From IMG/VR virus record IMGVR_UViG_3300025736_000012: a stretch of DNA of 64,000 bases, one strand, 5' to 3'. The translations under genes and the position numbers were made by a program. The stretch comes from an uncultured virus (IMG/VR IMGVR_UViG_3300025736_000012). Its lineage: Duplodnaviria > Heunggongvirae > Uroviricota > Caudoviricetes. Shown here piece after piece: positions 39,616 through 50,683 of this stretch. Numbering within the stretch: position 1 is the stretch's first letter; each line of letters begins with the position of its first letter. The notes beneath the pieces are model-generated. The model was not told the origin of the DNA, searched no databases, and was given only the letters and a program-made list of their open reading frames with translations.

Positions 39616-41020
39616 CTGGCACTTCGAGTTACCCCTACGAAATGAGGCAGAGCTACGCCTGTTCGTCGAGAAAGCCTGGGGTGTATCTATTCCTGATGTG
39701 CAAGTATGCCCCGATCACTCGACACCCTGGCGAGCTTTTGCAGACGCTTACTTTGCGGTCGCGCCCTTGACGGTATGGCAAGCATCTCGAGGATTCGGTG
39801 GAAAATCTTACCTTCTGGCACTTCTCGGATTGACTGAGGCCGCAACGCTCAAAGCAAACGTCAACGTTCTGGGTGGTAGTGGGGAGCAGTCCGGGCGTGT
39901 TCTGGAGTACATCGGCGAGTTTTGGAATCACAAAGGATCGCCGCTGGACTTGTTGGCCGGTGACATAAAACGTGAGACGCGCCTGGTATGGGGGAACAAG
40001 ATCAAGGCGCTGATGGCATCACAGGCGAGCGTGAGAGGTCCGCATACGCCCCGCTTGAGACTCGATGAAATCGACGAAATGTCCCTCGAAATCTTTGACG
40101 CTGCGATGGGCCAAACGATGGCCCTGGTAGAAGACGGGGACATCATCGTACCCGCTCAGACGGTAGCGAGCAGCACACATCATTATGCCGATGGAACGAT
40201 GACGGAAATACTGAAACGGGCAAGGGAACGCAACTTTCCGATTCATACCTGGTGTTACAAGGAAACGAGCGCGGCTGGTGGGTGGCTCTTGCAGTCAGAG
40301 ATTGAACGGAAACGCTTAGAGGTGACAGATGCGCAGTGGCTCACAGAGTATGATCACCAGGAACCGTCACCAGAAGACCGCGCTATTCGCCCTGAAGCGG
40401 TGGCCGCGATGTTTGACAAATCTCGCGGCCACTGGGTAGGCGGCAATCAGGAATACATCGAAGTTGAACCGCCGGTACAGAGATGCGTTGCTTGTCAGGA
40501 AGAGACGAGCGATGTGGAAACGAGCAAGTGCCCTGCTTGCGGTGGGAGAGATCTGGAGAGCGCAACGTACAGCACGGGGGCAGACTGGGCAAGGAAAAAA
40601 GACTGGACAGTGATCGTGACGTTCCGCACCGATGTTACCCCGATGCACCTGGTGGCCTTTGAACGTTGTGGGCGCTTGCCCTGGCCGGTGATGGTAAGCA
40701 AGTTTGACGAACGGGTACAGCGGTATCCAGGACGCGCCGCCCACGACGAAACTGGCATCGGGGATGTGGTGAGAGGGTTTATGAAAAGCGGCGGCGTCGA
40801 AGGTGTTATAATGGTAGGGCGGGCGCGTTCGGATATGCTCAGTAACTACATCTCTGCTATTGAGCGCGGGGAATTTGTTGCGCCGATGATTGACTTTATG
40901 CACGACGGCCACAGGTACGCCAGTGTGGATGACGTATACAGGGAGGGGCACTTGCCCGATGACATTGCGGCTGGCGCTTTGGCGAATCACGGCGCTAGGA
41001 GGGGGATGGGGTTTTGGTAG
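39596..41020 (+). CDS. terL: Terminase large subunit
   Basis: Walker A ASRGFGGKS, Walker B LRLDEID, nuclease GADWAR..DWT, HDETGIGD, HLPDD. Confidence 0.9.
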   Translation: MSQQPTDWHFELPLRNEAELRLFVEKAWGVSIPDVQVCPDHSTPWRAFADAYFAVAPLTVWQASRGFGGKSYLLALLGLTEAATLKANVNVLGGSGEQSGRVLEYIGEFWNHKGSPLDLLAGDIKRETRLVWGNKIKALMASQASVRGPHTPRLRLDEIDEMSLEIFDAAMGQTMALVEDGDIIVPAQTVASSTHHYADGTMTEILKRARERNFPIHTWCYKETSAAGGWLLQSEIERKRLEVTDAQWLTEYDHQEPSPEDRAIRPEAVAAMFDKSRGHWVGGNQEYIEVEPPVQRCVACQEETSDVETSKCPACGGRDLESATYSTGADWARKKDWTVIVTFRTDVTPMHLVAFERCGRLPWPVMVSKFDERVQRYPGRAAHDETGIGDVVRGFMKSGGVEGVIMVGRARSDMLSNYISAIERGEFVAPMIDFMHDGHRYASVDDVYREGHLPDDIAAGALANHGARRGMGFW

Positions 41021-41445
41021 CAAAAACGACCATCTACATCGTTGAGAATAATGAACTCGTAGAGTATAACCGCCTGGGACAGTGTAACCGATGCGGGGAG
41101 TGCTGCGGTATACACAACACGATTAAGTTTTCTATGAAGGTGTCATTTGTGGATTCACTACCAGAAGAGGGAGAAGAACAGGTTTGCTCAAAAGAACCAG
41201 CAGATTGGTCTAATTGGGAAGGCTGGTCAATAATTTACGGGCAGGGCACTTGGTTCTGGTTCAAGATTAGTTCAATAGATGATACGCCACACCCCTGTCC
41301 CTCACAAGATGAATTAAGCGCTTGTACCATCTGGAAAGACGAAGATGATTTTAGGCCCATCTGCCGTTACTGGCCTTTTCACCCTGACAACTTGATAAAG
41401 TTCCCCAATTGCGGGTTTAGTTTCGAGAGGTGCGAAGGTGAGTGA
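41014..41445 (+). CDS. YkgJ-like cysteine-cluster protein
   Basis: CNRCGECC...CP....CTIW..RPICRYWP. Confidence 0.7.
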   Translation: MVAKTTIYIVENNELVEYNRLGQCNRCGECCGIHNTIKFSMKVSFVDSLPEEGEEQVCSKEPADWSNWEGWSIIYGQGTWFWFKISSIDDTPHPCPSQDELSACTIWKDEDDFRPICRYWPFHPDNLIKFPNCGFSFERCEGE

Positions 41446-43132
41446 AACCAGATGCTTGTACCACAGAGACGCAGACAAGACGCTTTGTGGTGAACCTAAT
41501 AATGATTGGCTCACGGCGTCTATCTCTTTTTCAGTTGAGGAGCTATGTCCGCATTGTCTGGATAAACTGCGTGACATATCACATACTGGAGTGACTAAAT
41601 CATTCTCTGAGCGGTTAGGAGATCGTTCAATTACGCCAGAGGCCATAGAGGCGATCAAGACTGTTGAGGCTGCCGGTTTGCATTGGCGAATGAGTGAGAA
41701 TTCCCTTGAGCAAAAGACCTTTTTTATCGGCATTCGTTTGCTACCCAATGCACTCACGATAATTGATACGGTAGGTGACGATCTATCCGATGCAATATGC
41801 ACCGCGTATCAACTACTTTTAGTACGATTGCCAGAAGTTGAGCGAGCACTGGAGTAGCCCTAATGAGTCTTTGGCCTATCGTCGTAGCAGAATGTAGCAA
41901 TTATCCGTGTGGTGAACGGCGTAGCATATTTGATTACGGCCTAGACTTTGACGACGATCAACAACTTTTTCTAGATGCCCTGGTCGCTGATGGATGGTAC
42001 GTTACTTTTCGGGCTGAGGAAATTGAGGCAGATGATGACGGGTTTATTGACCCGTATTGCCCGAAGTGCGTCGAGGTAGGCAAGATGTGGACGAGACGTG
42101 ATCCGGCTTATTGTGGGGAGGGAGTAAAGATGATGAGTGTGCAACCGACAGGACGAGGTTCATCCTATTCTTGGATGCTTTTCGAGCAGGGCATATCGGC
42201 AGAGAGGGTGCGTGAGCGGATAGCGGAACTTGAACAGGAACAACTTGCCGCTGCTCAGGAAAAGGCTGCTCTCTTATCTGGACTGTTTGGCGTTATTCAG
42301 CGGATTGACGAGGTATTAGAAGATGATGGCAGCGCCGGGGAACGGAAGAAGGGAAAACGCACTATGTAGAAATAAACAGGTGCGATTGTGCATCTGGTAT
42401 GCGCTGTGATTGTGGCTCGATTCTAACACAGGATGACGTTGAGGAGGTTGTCAATGATAAAGACAGGAAAGAGTCTTGTATTACAAATACGAAATGTAGC
42501 CGGTGACTGGATACGCAAATTATTTACCAAAGAATCTAGTCCCAAGTTTCCGAATCCTAGAGAATACTGGACTGCGGGAGGATATGAACCGTATACCTGG
42601 ACGCCAGCCGATATAGAGGCGGCAATAACAGAAGGGTGGACAAATATTCATCTTCATAAAAATGACGAGTATCCCTATCTCAAAGGAGTTGTATCGGGAA
42701 ATGACCCAGAAGACAAAGGTAACTGGTATCTCCCAAAGTTGTCTCATCATTTGCCGCTCTGCGCCATTAAAATTGGCGATATACCACGACCTACTCGCAT
42801 TACAGTTGAATTTGGTGACGAGATTAAAGAGAGAGAGATCGAATGGGATGGCGAGAAAGGCGTGGTAAAATGGATTGACAAAATGTGAGGAGAGAGCGGA
42901 TAATGAGTAGTTTCCTCAGCTTATTGCAATTTATGGAGCTTCAATTAGGAAATGAAACTAAGTATGGCCGCCTTGTTGACACCGGATCGTTAAGGAAGTC
43001 TTTATTGCATCCCGGCGAGGCAGTTAAACGCAAGCCGCAACACTGTGCATATTGCGGTCGGGCAAAACTGATAGGTGTATTGTGCTGCAAGAACTGTGGC
43101 AGTGATGAATGGGAATAAGAAAGGCAGGTCAA

Positions 43133-43474
43133 ATGACTACTAACTACATCCGCTGTACCGCCTGCCAAACCCCTATCGCTGAAGTGCAAAACGGTTGCCT
43201 GGTCGTCAAGGCCAAGCATCACGGCCAGGAACACACGACCGTCATCCCTATCACAAACCTGGTGCGCCGCTACTGTGGTACTGAGGAAAAGGGGCGCAAG
43301 ATATTACGGTTGCTTGAGATGGGGCCTGCCCCGGCGGTTGAACTGGTGGCGGCGCTGTATTGTTTCCCCGATGATATTGCCATAGCGTTGAACACACTAG
43401 AAGGGCTTGGACTTGTGCAGAGGGAACAGGTTAGGGGTAGAGATATATTTGAGTTGACTAAAGGAGAAAAATGA
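43133..43474 (+). CDS. Zn-ribbon plus wHTH regulator
   Basis: IRCTACQTPIA..HHG; KILRLLEMGP..LNTLEGLGLV. Confidence 0.5.
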   Translation: MTTNYIRCTACQTPIAEVQNGCLVVKAKHHGQEHTTVIPITNLVRRYCGTEEKGRKILRLLEMGPAPAVELVAALYCFPDDIAIALNTLEGLGLVQREQVRGRDIFELTKGEK

Positions 43475-44300
43475 CCAAAAAGAGTAACACTAACTTGACA
43501 TCCACGTAATTTTGTGATAACCTACCAGGATAACAACAAGGGGCAAAACTTGTTACAGATAAAGGAGAATGATAATGGATGAAATGACAGAACGTGAGGT
43601 AAAATTGGAAAAGTTCAAATTGTTTCTGTTCCAATACCTTAATGATAATCTAAAAGAAACGGTAGTCGGTGAGCGGAAGGTTGATTTGAAAGCTGCGGAA
43701 TTCCACGCAAACCAACTTGTCTTGCGTATCATCCAAGAGGTCTATGGCGAGACGTTGGAATGGGTTAAAGTTGAGTATCCCGCTAACTGGCTAGAACACG
43801 CCAAGAAACGGTTTGCTCCTGCGTGGTTCAAGGCGAAGTGGCCCGTACGTCTCGGATATACTGTTATTGAGATGCGTGCATTGTACCCGAAATTATCCCT
43901 ACCCACAGAGCCGCACAGCCTGAAAGCGCACGTTCGCCAGTCTGAGCCGGGGGCTTGTGTGTCGATGGAATTTGATTCTGAGCAAGGAGAGCAAGATGGA
44001 TAAAAACGTATCTGTAGAACTAAAAGAGAAAATTCTCAGTTACTATGAAGAGAACAAAGAAGACCTACTGAATTACGCTAGATCAATTCATTCAGAGCGT
44101 CGCTATTTGACATTCCCTGTAATCATTGGCGGTGTGATGGATTGGATACGATTTGATACTGAGGAAAACTGCTTTGTTGGAATAACTATCTCTGCCACAC
44201 AGATAGCCGACGCTCCTTCAGTCGGCTGGGTGCCACTTGCTCCTTTTTACAACGGTGCTGTGATGAGTGAAAAGGCAACGTTTGTTACTATTCCGCTTGC

Positions 44301-44407
44301 TTGACATCCACGATATTTTGTGTTAAACTAGTGTAGTTACAACTAAATACTGAGCGCCTATGAGCGCCCCGCTTGTGTGCCCTGAGCACCTCAAGCGGGG
44401 CTTTTTT
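44301..44407 (+). promoter_or_regulatory. Promoter and leader hairpin of the head operon
   Basis: TTGACA-17-TAAACT; gccccgctt/aagcggggc stem followed by a T-run before the portal ATG. Confidence 0.6.
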
Positions 44408-44415
44408 GTGTTTAT

Positions 44416-46620
44416 ATGACAAGACCAAACGCAATTGAACGGGCAAAAATAGCACTGAACGTTTTCCGAAACGGCTTCCCTCAGAAGAGTACAGGCTCCA
44501 GAGAGAAGAAATCAGCGCCGTTTATCTGGCCGAACTGGAGAAACGAGCAACCGCAGTGGCAACTCTGTGATTATCAGGCATACGTTAAGGAGGGGTTCAA
44601 TCTCAACTCAGTCGTGTATAGTTGCATAATGTACAAAGCTCGCTCTATGATGCAAGTGCCGTTGCGGGCCTACACCGGGACACGCGAGAATCCAGAGATG
44701 TTACCAGAAGACGATCCGCTTTCAAAACTGGTAACACGCCCCAATCCACACCAGGGATTTGCAGAGTTTCAAGCTCAGTGCGAGGTGTACCTTAACATTT
44801 CAGGGAATTGCTATGTAGCCGTGGAAAGAAAACCGGGAGAAGATGTGCCGGTTGCCCTGTATGCACTTCGGCCAGATCGCACTTTCGTTGTGCCACTTGG
44901 CAGGCGCGAGGTAGGCTATCTCTATGTACCGGAGGGCAAGACCTGGGAGAAAGGCGAAGCGATTCTGAGCAAGGATATGATGCACGTCAAGCTACCCAAT
45001 CCGCTTGACCCGCTCGAGGGAATGGGACAAGGTTTATCGCCCATCTCACCAGTCGCCAGGAGTGCCGACGTCGACAACTCGGTGACGCATTTCCTCAAGT
45101 TGTTTTTCGACAAAGGTGTTATTCTGCCCGGCATCATCAGTGTCAAGGGATTCGCTGACGAGGCTACTGCTTCCCGTATCAAAGAACGCTACAAGGAGAT
45201 TTACGGCGGTTATCGCAACTGGGCCGAGGAAATTGCGGTGTTGGATGAGAGTGCAAGTTATGAACGCATCGGTCTATCGTTTGACGAGATGGGGTTTCAA
45301 GTAATTGACGAACGAAACGAGAGCCGTATCTGTGGACCTTTTGGTGTTCACCCAATGCTTATCGGGACGCGGCTTGGTTTGTTTAGAAGTACAGAATCTA
45401 ACTACCCTACTGCCCGGCGCGGCTTCTGGGAAGATACACTGTACCCAGAGATGAAACTGTATGAAGATGAATTTCGTTACTATTTGCAGGGTGGAAATAG
45501 TTGGGTGGCTTATGATTTCAGCGACGTGCCAGCATTGCAGAAAGATGTACCCGCGCTCGTTACAGCGGCGTATACGATGTTTCAAATGGGAACACCCGCC
45601 GATGAAGCGTTTGCCGCTGTTGGGCTTAAAGTTCCGCCCATCCCCGGTGGCAACCGGGGGTATTTGCCGTTCAATCTGATGGCAACGGGTTCGTCAGAAA
45701 CGCCACGACTGCCGGAGCCGTCCGATCAACCCGTCGAGGCAGAGGAAGACGAAGAAGATCGAAGCGGTAAGGTTAAAACGAAAGCCAACCGCTTAATGCA
45801 GGAACAAAAAGCTGCCTTCTGGAAACAGATGGACACTCAGGCTATTTCCTGGGAACCGAAGTTTGGAGACGCTGCCAACGGCGCTTTTGCCCACGACCTC
45901 CGCGAGATACTAGCCATCGTCCACGGCGCAAAGTCAAAGGCGCTGGAAAGCAAAGCGACGATTGCCTGGAATGAAACTCTCTTGCGCGTCGAGGATTATT
46001 TAGCGATGGGCGGCCTGGAAAACTGGCGCGAGACTTTCGCTCCTGTGCTGGCGGGACTAGTCGAAGACCGAGCCAAGCAATTGAATATTGAGTTTGGTAT
46101 GTCATTTGACGTTGAGAACCTGTTGGCCGAAGAATGGTTTATGCAATACGTCATCGAGTTTGCCCAACCCATTCTCGACACTACGAACGAGGCGATGCGG
46201 ATTATGTTCCAGCAGTCGATGGAAGAGGGCTGGAGCATTCACGATATGACCAAGAATCTGGAGGCGATGTTTCAGCAGTGGATGAAGGGTGATTTGACGA
46301 AAGAGGACTTTGAATGGTACGCCTCTCGAATGCCCTTTTATCGCCGTGAAAACATTGCCCGGACTGAAACTGTAGGAGCATCTAATACCGGTTCGTGGGA
46401 ATTGTACAAAGCGTGGGGCGCACCAGGGAAGGAGTGGTTGGCGACGGGTGACAAGAGGACGCGAGATGATCATAAACCGCCGACCAGTGGGCAAGTGCGG
46501 CCTATTAACGAGCCTTTCGACGTGGCTGGGATTCCAATGCAGCACCCTGGCGACAAGAGCGCGCCGCCCGAACAGATTTGTTTTTGTCGGTGCACGGTCT
46601 TGCCGGTACTGGAGATGTGA
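44416..46620 (+). CDS. Portal protein fused to Mu gpF-like minor head domain
   Basis: NSVVYSCI, RPNP, GNCY, LRPD, GLSPI, ICGPFGVHP; C-terminal IARTE..KEWLATGDKRTRDDH..HPGD..CRCT. Confidence 0.9.
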   Translation: MTRPNAIERAKIALNVFRNGFPQKSTGSREKKSAPFIWPNWRNEQPQWQLCDYQAYVKEGFNLNSVVYSCIMYKARSMMQVPLRAYTGTRENPEMLPEDDPLSKLVTRPNPHQGFAEFQAQCEVYLNISGNCYVAVERKPGEDVPVALYALRPDRTFVVPLGRREVGYLYVPEGKTWEKGEAILSKDMMHVKLPNPLDPLEGMGQGLSPISPVARSADVDNSVTHFLKLFFDKGVILPGIISVKGFADEATASRIKERYKEIYGGYRNWAEEIAVLDESASYERIGLSFDEMGFQVIDERNESRICGPFGVHPMLIGTRLGLFRSTESNYPTARRGFWEDTLYPEMKLYEDEFRYYLQGGNSWVAYDFSDVPALQKDVPALVTAAYTMFQMGTPADEAFAAVGLKVPPIPGGNRGYLPFNLMATGSSETPRLPEPSDQPVEAEEDEEDRSGKVKTKANRLMQEQKAAFWKQMDTQAISWEPKFGDAANGAFAHDLREILAIVHGAKSKALESKATIAWNETLLRVEDYLAMGGLENWRETFAPVLAGLVEDRAKQLNIEFGMSFDVENLLAEEWFMQYVIEFAQPILDTTNEAMRIMFQQSMEEGWSIHDMTKNLEAMFQQWMKGDLTKEDFEWYASRMPFYRRENIARTETVGASNTGSWELYKAWGAPGKEWLATGDKRTRDDHKPPTSGQVRPINEPFDVAGIPMQHPGDKSAPPEQICFCRCTVLPVLEM

Positions 46621-46800
46621 TGGCAATGATTAGCTTGCAGATTGACTTCGCTCGGTGTGCTGGATGTGACTATCCTATGCGCTGTGACCTGTTGGTGGTA
46701 GCGCCACCGAATAGCAAACACGCCGGGAAACAATTATGCCGCCGGTGTCTCAGTAAGATAAAACCGGGGCCAGTCGAGACAAAAAGTGAGGACTAATAAA

Positions 46801-48150
46801 ATGGAACGCAAGACATTTTCTGCAATGGTAACAAAGTCAGACGAGGCGCAAGGGATCGTCGAGGCGGTTTGGGCTGTGATGGGAAACGTGGACGAGGGCC
46901 TTGACGTTATTCACCCTGGCGCATTTACGAAGACGTTTGCCGAGCACGGGCGAAATGTGAGTGTGCTCGACAAACACCAGACCGATAGTGTATTGCGTGT
47001 CCTGGGCCACCCAATGGCCTTTCGGGAATTGGGGCGTGATGAACTCCCTGTTGAGATAAAATCCAGTTGTCCCGATGCAACAGGTGGGGCCTGGGCGCGT
47101 ATCAAGTTCAATATGAAAACCCAAAACGGAAGCGAGGTTTTCCACTTGCTCGAAGCTGGCGACGTAAGGGAATGGAGCTTTGGGTATGACGTGCTCGATT
47201 GCGATTTCTCGAAGGCCACGAAGGAAGAGCAAGAAGTTACCGTTCGTAATCTTCGCACATTGAAACTGTGGGAGATTTCCCCCGTCATCTGGGGTGTGAA
47301 CTCCGAGACTGCTACGACAGGGACAAAGCAGAAAGAACAAAAGCCCTGGGATATTTTCCCAGAGAGCGAACAGTTTTGTGTCTACAAGGTAGACGAGGAA
47401 GGCAATCAGACTGGTGAAAGTCTGGGCTGTCACGACACAGAGGAAGAGGCGCAAGCGCAAATGGCGGCGCTGTATGCCAACGAAGAAACAGATAAACAGA
47501 TGACAGAAGAAGACAACCCCGAAATCGTACCAGAAGAGGAGGGGGGATTTTCTTGTGAGTGCATCGAGTGTGGCTACAAGATGGAATCGAGCGAACACTG
47601 CCGGGATGTAAAATGTCCAGAGTGTGGGGGGCAGATGCGACGGGCCGAACGACCGGGCGAAGGTGATAAAGAGACGGATATTGACGAAATTGTGCTAGAT
47701 GAAGACGAAAAATCAGGGCGTTTCATACTGGTTATCAAAGATCATCTCACTGATATGGAAATGACGGCTGAGGCTCATAGATTCAACGAATGGCTAGACG
47801 GCAAAGAGCGTGGATTTGTAGCCAACGCTAAATGTCAATTGATCCGGTTGCCAGATGTCAACTCATATCCAGATTCTAAGGCCGGGCGTGTTCTAGCTCA
47901 ACGCAACGCCGACCGTCTAGTAACAGCACTTGGCACAATACTCGAAATACTAGAGGACGCTGGTGTGGAAGTTCCAGGCTGGGAGAAACTACCCCAATCG
48001 AAACCACCACCAGATAAAACCGCACCTGACAAACAGGCCGCGAGTAAAGAGTCAATCGCAGCGCAGGCCGGGCCAGATGATAGTCTACCCACCTCAGACG
48101 AGTTGACGTTGTTGGATATTCACAAAATAAGACTAGCCTTGACGGGTTAG
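46801..48150 (+). CDS. HK97-type prohead protease with long C-terminal extension
   Basis: GNVD..DVIHPGAF, H, EWSFGY, LWEISPV.WG.N. Confidence 0.88.
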   Translation: MERKTFSAMVTKSDEAQGIVEAVWAVMGNVDEGLDVIHPGAFTKTFAEHGRNVSVLDKHQTDSVLRVLGHPMAFRELGRDELPVEIKSSCPDATGGAWARIKFNMKTQNGSEVFHLLEAGDVREWSFGYDVLDCDFSKATKEEQEVTVRNLRTLKLWEISPVIWGVNSETATTGTKQKEQKPWDIFPESEQFCVYKVDEEGNQTGESLGCHDTEEEAQAQMAALYANEETDKQMTEEDNPEIVPEEEGGFSCECIECGYKMESSEHCRDVKCPECGGQMRRAERPGEGDKETDIDEIVLDEDEKSGRFILVIKDHLTDMEMTAEAHRFNEWLDGKERGFVANAKCQLIRLPDVNSYPDSKAGRVLAQRNADRLVTALGTILEILEDAGVEVPGWEKLPQSKPPPDKTAPDKQAASKESIAAQAGPDDSLPTSDELTLLDIHKIRLALTG

Positions 48151-48172
48151 CTGAGATGGAGGATTGACTAAA

Positions 48173-49492
48173 ATGGAAATCACAGAAACCAAGATCGCCG
48201 AGATGAAGGGGCAAGGAACTTTCTTGCTCAATGAAGCCCAACCTGTATTGCTCAACGAAGAAGCATCAGCAGAGGAAAAGCAGGCTGCCCGCGCCAAAGT
48301 TGAGCAAGCTATAGCAATCACAGCAGACATCGATTCCCTGCTTCAGATCAAGCAGGCGAGCAAGGCGTTTATGTCCACCACCGTCCACGACGATGATCCA
48401 GAACTGCAAAAGCCACAGGGGTTCAAGACCTTGGGTGAATTCCTTCTGGCTATCTATAATTCTGCTCGAGGTCAGCACGACAACCAGCTCAAGTCGTGGA
48501 GGGACCCGACTGAACCGGGGACGCCTGTTCGACAGACGAGCGGATGGAATGAATTAAAAGAACAAAAAGATCTGGTCGAAAGCGTGGGGGCTTCTGGTGG
48601 CTTTCTCGTTCCTGTAGAGCAAGGCACTGAACTGTTCTTTATCAAGCCGCCTGAAACTATCGTCCGCCAGCGTGCTACCATCATCCCTATGCGTCGCCGG
48701 ACGATCCGCTTCCCCTCGCTCAACCAGACTAGCACGACTAGCGGACAGCCTCACTGGTGGGGCGGTGTGCTGGCGAAGTGGACCGAGGAAGTTACATCGA
48801 AGACCGAGACTGAGCCGACCTTTCGCCAGTTGACTTTGACGGCGCACAAGCTGGTCTGCTATACTGAGGCCGGTGATGAACTGCTCGAGGATTCTGCCAT
48901 CAGCCTGGAGGCTCTCTTGATGCAAGCCTTTCAGGGTACGATCAACTGGTATGAAGAGCAGGCGTTTGTGAACGGAACCGGAGCAGGGCAACCCCTCGGC
49001 GTCATCGGTGCACCCGCTACCATCACAGTCAACCGTGCTGGGGCGAATGCTGTTGTCCTCGCCGACGTGGTCAATATGATCGAGTCGTTCCAGGGCGTTA
49101 GCCCAGTGTGGTTTGCTTCCCGGCAGTTGCTCAGTAACCTGATGCTGCTGAACGGCCCGGCAGAGAATCCGAGTTACGTCTTTATGCCCAGCGCCCGCGA
49201 CGCGATGCCGCACACCCTGTTCGGGTATCCGCTCATCTTCAATGAACACTGCCCGGCGCTTGGAACGGCTGGCGATCTCATCCTGGCTGACTGGTCGAAG
49301 TATTTGATTGGCGACCGCCAGAGCATCACAGTGGACAGTTCGAACCACTATAGGTTCCAAAATGACATCACCGCATGGCGCGCCGTGCACCGCGTGGATG
49401 GAAGGCCCTGGCTTTCCGCGCCACTAACCTATTCCGATGGGGTAACTCAGATTTCACCGTTCGTGATCTTGGGCGATCCGTCCAGTAGCTAA
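48173..49492 (+). CDS. Major capsid protein (HK97 fold)
   Basis: GGFLVP, W.EE..K, L.AHKL, ELLEDS, FVNGTGAGQPLG, LFGYP, GDLILADWS, RVDGRP. Confidence 0.95.
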   Translation: MEITETKIAEMKGQGTFLLNEAQPVLLNEEASAEEKQAARAKVEQAIAITADIDSLLQIKQASKAFMSTTVHDDDPELQKPQGFKTLGEFLLAIYNSARGQHDNQLKSWRDPTEPGTPVRQTSGWNELKEQKDLVESVGASGGFLVPVEQGTELFFIKPPETIVRQRATIIPMRRRTIRFPSLNQTSTTSGQPHWWGGVLAKWTEEVTSKTETEPTFRQLTLTAHKLVCYTEAGDELLEDSAISLEALLMQAFQGTINWYEEQAFVNGTGAGQPLGVIGAPATITVNRAGANAVVLADVVNMIESFQGVSPVWFASRQLLSNLMLLNGPAENPSYVFMPSARDAMPHTLFGYPLIFNEHCPALGTAGDLILADWSKYLIGDRQSITVDSSNHYRFQNDITAWRAVHRVDGRPWLSAPLTYSDGVTQISPFVILGDPSSS

Positions 49493-49507
49493 TCGGAGGT
49501 ATGACAA

Positions 49508-49948
49508 ATGTATACAGCTAAATTTACAGAACTGAACGAGATAATCGCCGGTCTCTACCCGGCGAACAAAATCCCGGCAGCTTACAACTCGGCTTGGGCA
49601 TCGTATGCAAGCCACCAGCGCGGGGTGTACCTCGTCCGTGTAGGTGTGATGGCGGCCACCGCGACACTGGATTTCAAACTGCAACAGGCGACTGACTCGT
49701 CTGGAACCGGTGCGAAAGACATCAGCGGCAAATCCATCACGCAGTTGACGCAGGCTGGTGGTGATGGAAGCGAGACCTGCGTGGTTGAACTACGCACCGC
49801 AGAGCTTGACGTGGACGGCGGCTTTGACTATGTGCGGGGTGTTCTAACGGTGGGCACGGCAAATGTCTACTGTGAACTCATCCCTATCAAGTTCGTTGCG
49901 GCCTATCCGCCCGTATCCACTTCGGCGCTTGCTGAGGTGATTGACTAA
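49508..49948 (+). CDS. Putative head decoration / capsid-associated protein
   Basis: Follows MCP; beta-rich; LQQATDSSGTGAKDI..GFDYVR. Confidence 0.55.
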   Translation: MYTAKFTELNEIIAGLYPANKIPAAYNSAWASYASHQRGVYLVRVGVMAATATLDFKLQQATDSSGTGAKDISGKSITQLTQAGGDGSETCVVELRTAELDVDGGFDYVRGVLTVGTANVYCELIPIKFVAAYPPVSTSALAEVID

Positions 49949-49961
49949 CCGAGGCTTGACA

Positions 49962-49991
49962 AGGGGAGCGGGTATACATTGCCCGCTCCCC
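49962..49991 (+). terminator. Hairpin after capsid genes
   Basis: ggggagcggg..cccgctcccc; no T-run. Confidence 0.4.
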
Positions 49992-50002
49992 AAAGGAAAC
50001 CT

Positions 50003-50683
50003 ATGGGCAAGATCTACGTCAAAGCAACAGGTATCATTCGCGAGACAGACGAGCACGGCGATCAAGTGGTTTACCATCCGGGTAGCTGGGTTCCTGTTTA
50101 CAAGAATCGTGCCCGCCAACTATTTGCAGCTGGACAGGCAGAGATTCCTCGACAAGACCGGTTTGAAGAAGCTATGCAGTTTGACGGCTGTGGGATTTTG
50201 GCACGCTCAGACACTCTTCCTACTATAACCTTCTTGGGGCGGGCCGGTGAATTGCTCGACGTTGAGTGTGGCGCTATCTCTTTACCTTTCCCCGGGACGA
50301 TGTTATGGAATACGGATAAAGTGACAGTTACAGAGAACGCCACAATCGCTGGGTTCTCTCGGTTACTTGATTTTGAGGAGACAGGACAGCCAGGATGGGA
50401 AATCCTGGCAATGCTCGTAGACGAAAACGAAACAGCAAAAGACTATGGAACTGATGAAGAAAAAGCCCGCACACTGAATATCGTTGGCGACTTACGTATC
50501 CCGGTTTATGATACGAATTTGATGTGGATGCGCAGAACTGCCAACACTGAAAACATCGTTGCGCGCTGGCGTTCAGAAATAGAATCAGGGGCAGATGAAC
50601 AGCACGCTTTCCTTCGTTCACTTTACGCCGTTCGTGCAATGGTATGCACCCTGCCACCGAAGTGGAACTTGCGACAATTATGA
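50003..50683 (+). CDS. Degenerate GT-A-like protein with small N-terminal domain
   Basis: C-terminal YDTNLMWMRR..DEQHAFLRSL parallels the next gene (LNTGVMWFKK..DQGALLRAL) but lacks DxD. Confidence 0.5.
   Translation: MGKIYVKATGIIRETDEHGDQVVYHPGSWVPVYKNRARQLFAAGQAEIPRQDRFEEAMQFDGCGILARSDTLPTITFLGRAGELLDVECGAISLPFPGTMLWNTDKVTVTENATIAGFSRLLDFEETGQPGWEILAMLVDENETAKDYGTDEEKARTLNIVGDLRIPVYDTNLMWMRRTANTENIVARWRSEIESGADEQHAFLRSLYAVRAMVCTLPPKWNLRQL

Noticed and set aside
46837..49390. Long minus-strand ORFs (253 aa, 278 aa) over the protease and capsid genes
   Set aside because: Antisense to clear structural genes, with no recognisable motifs
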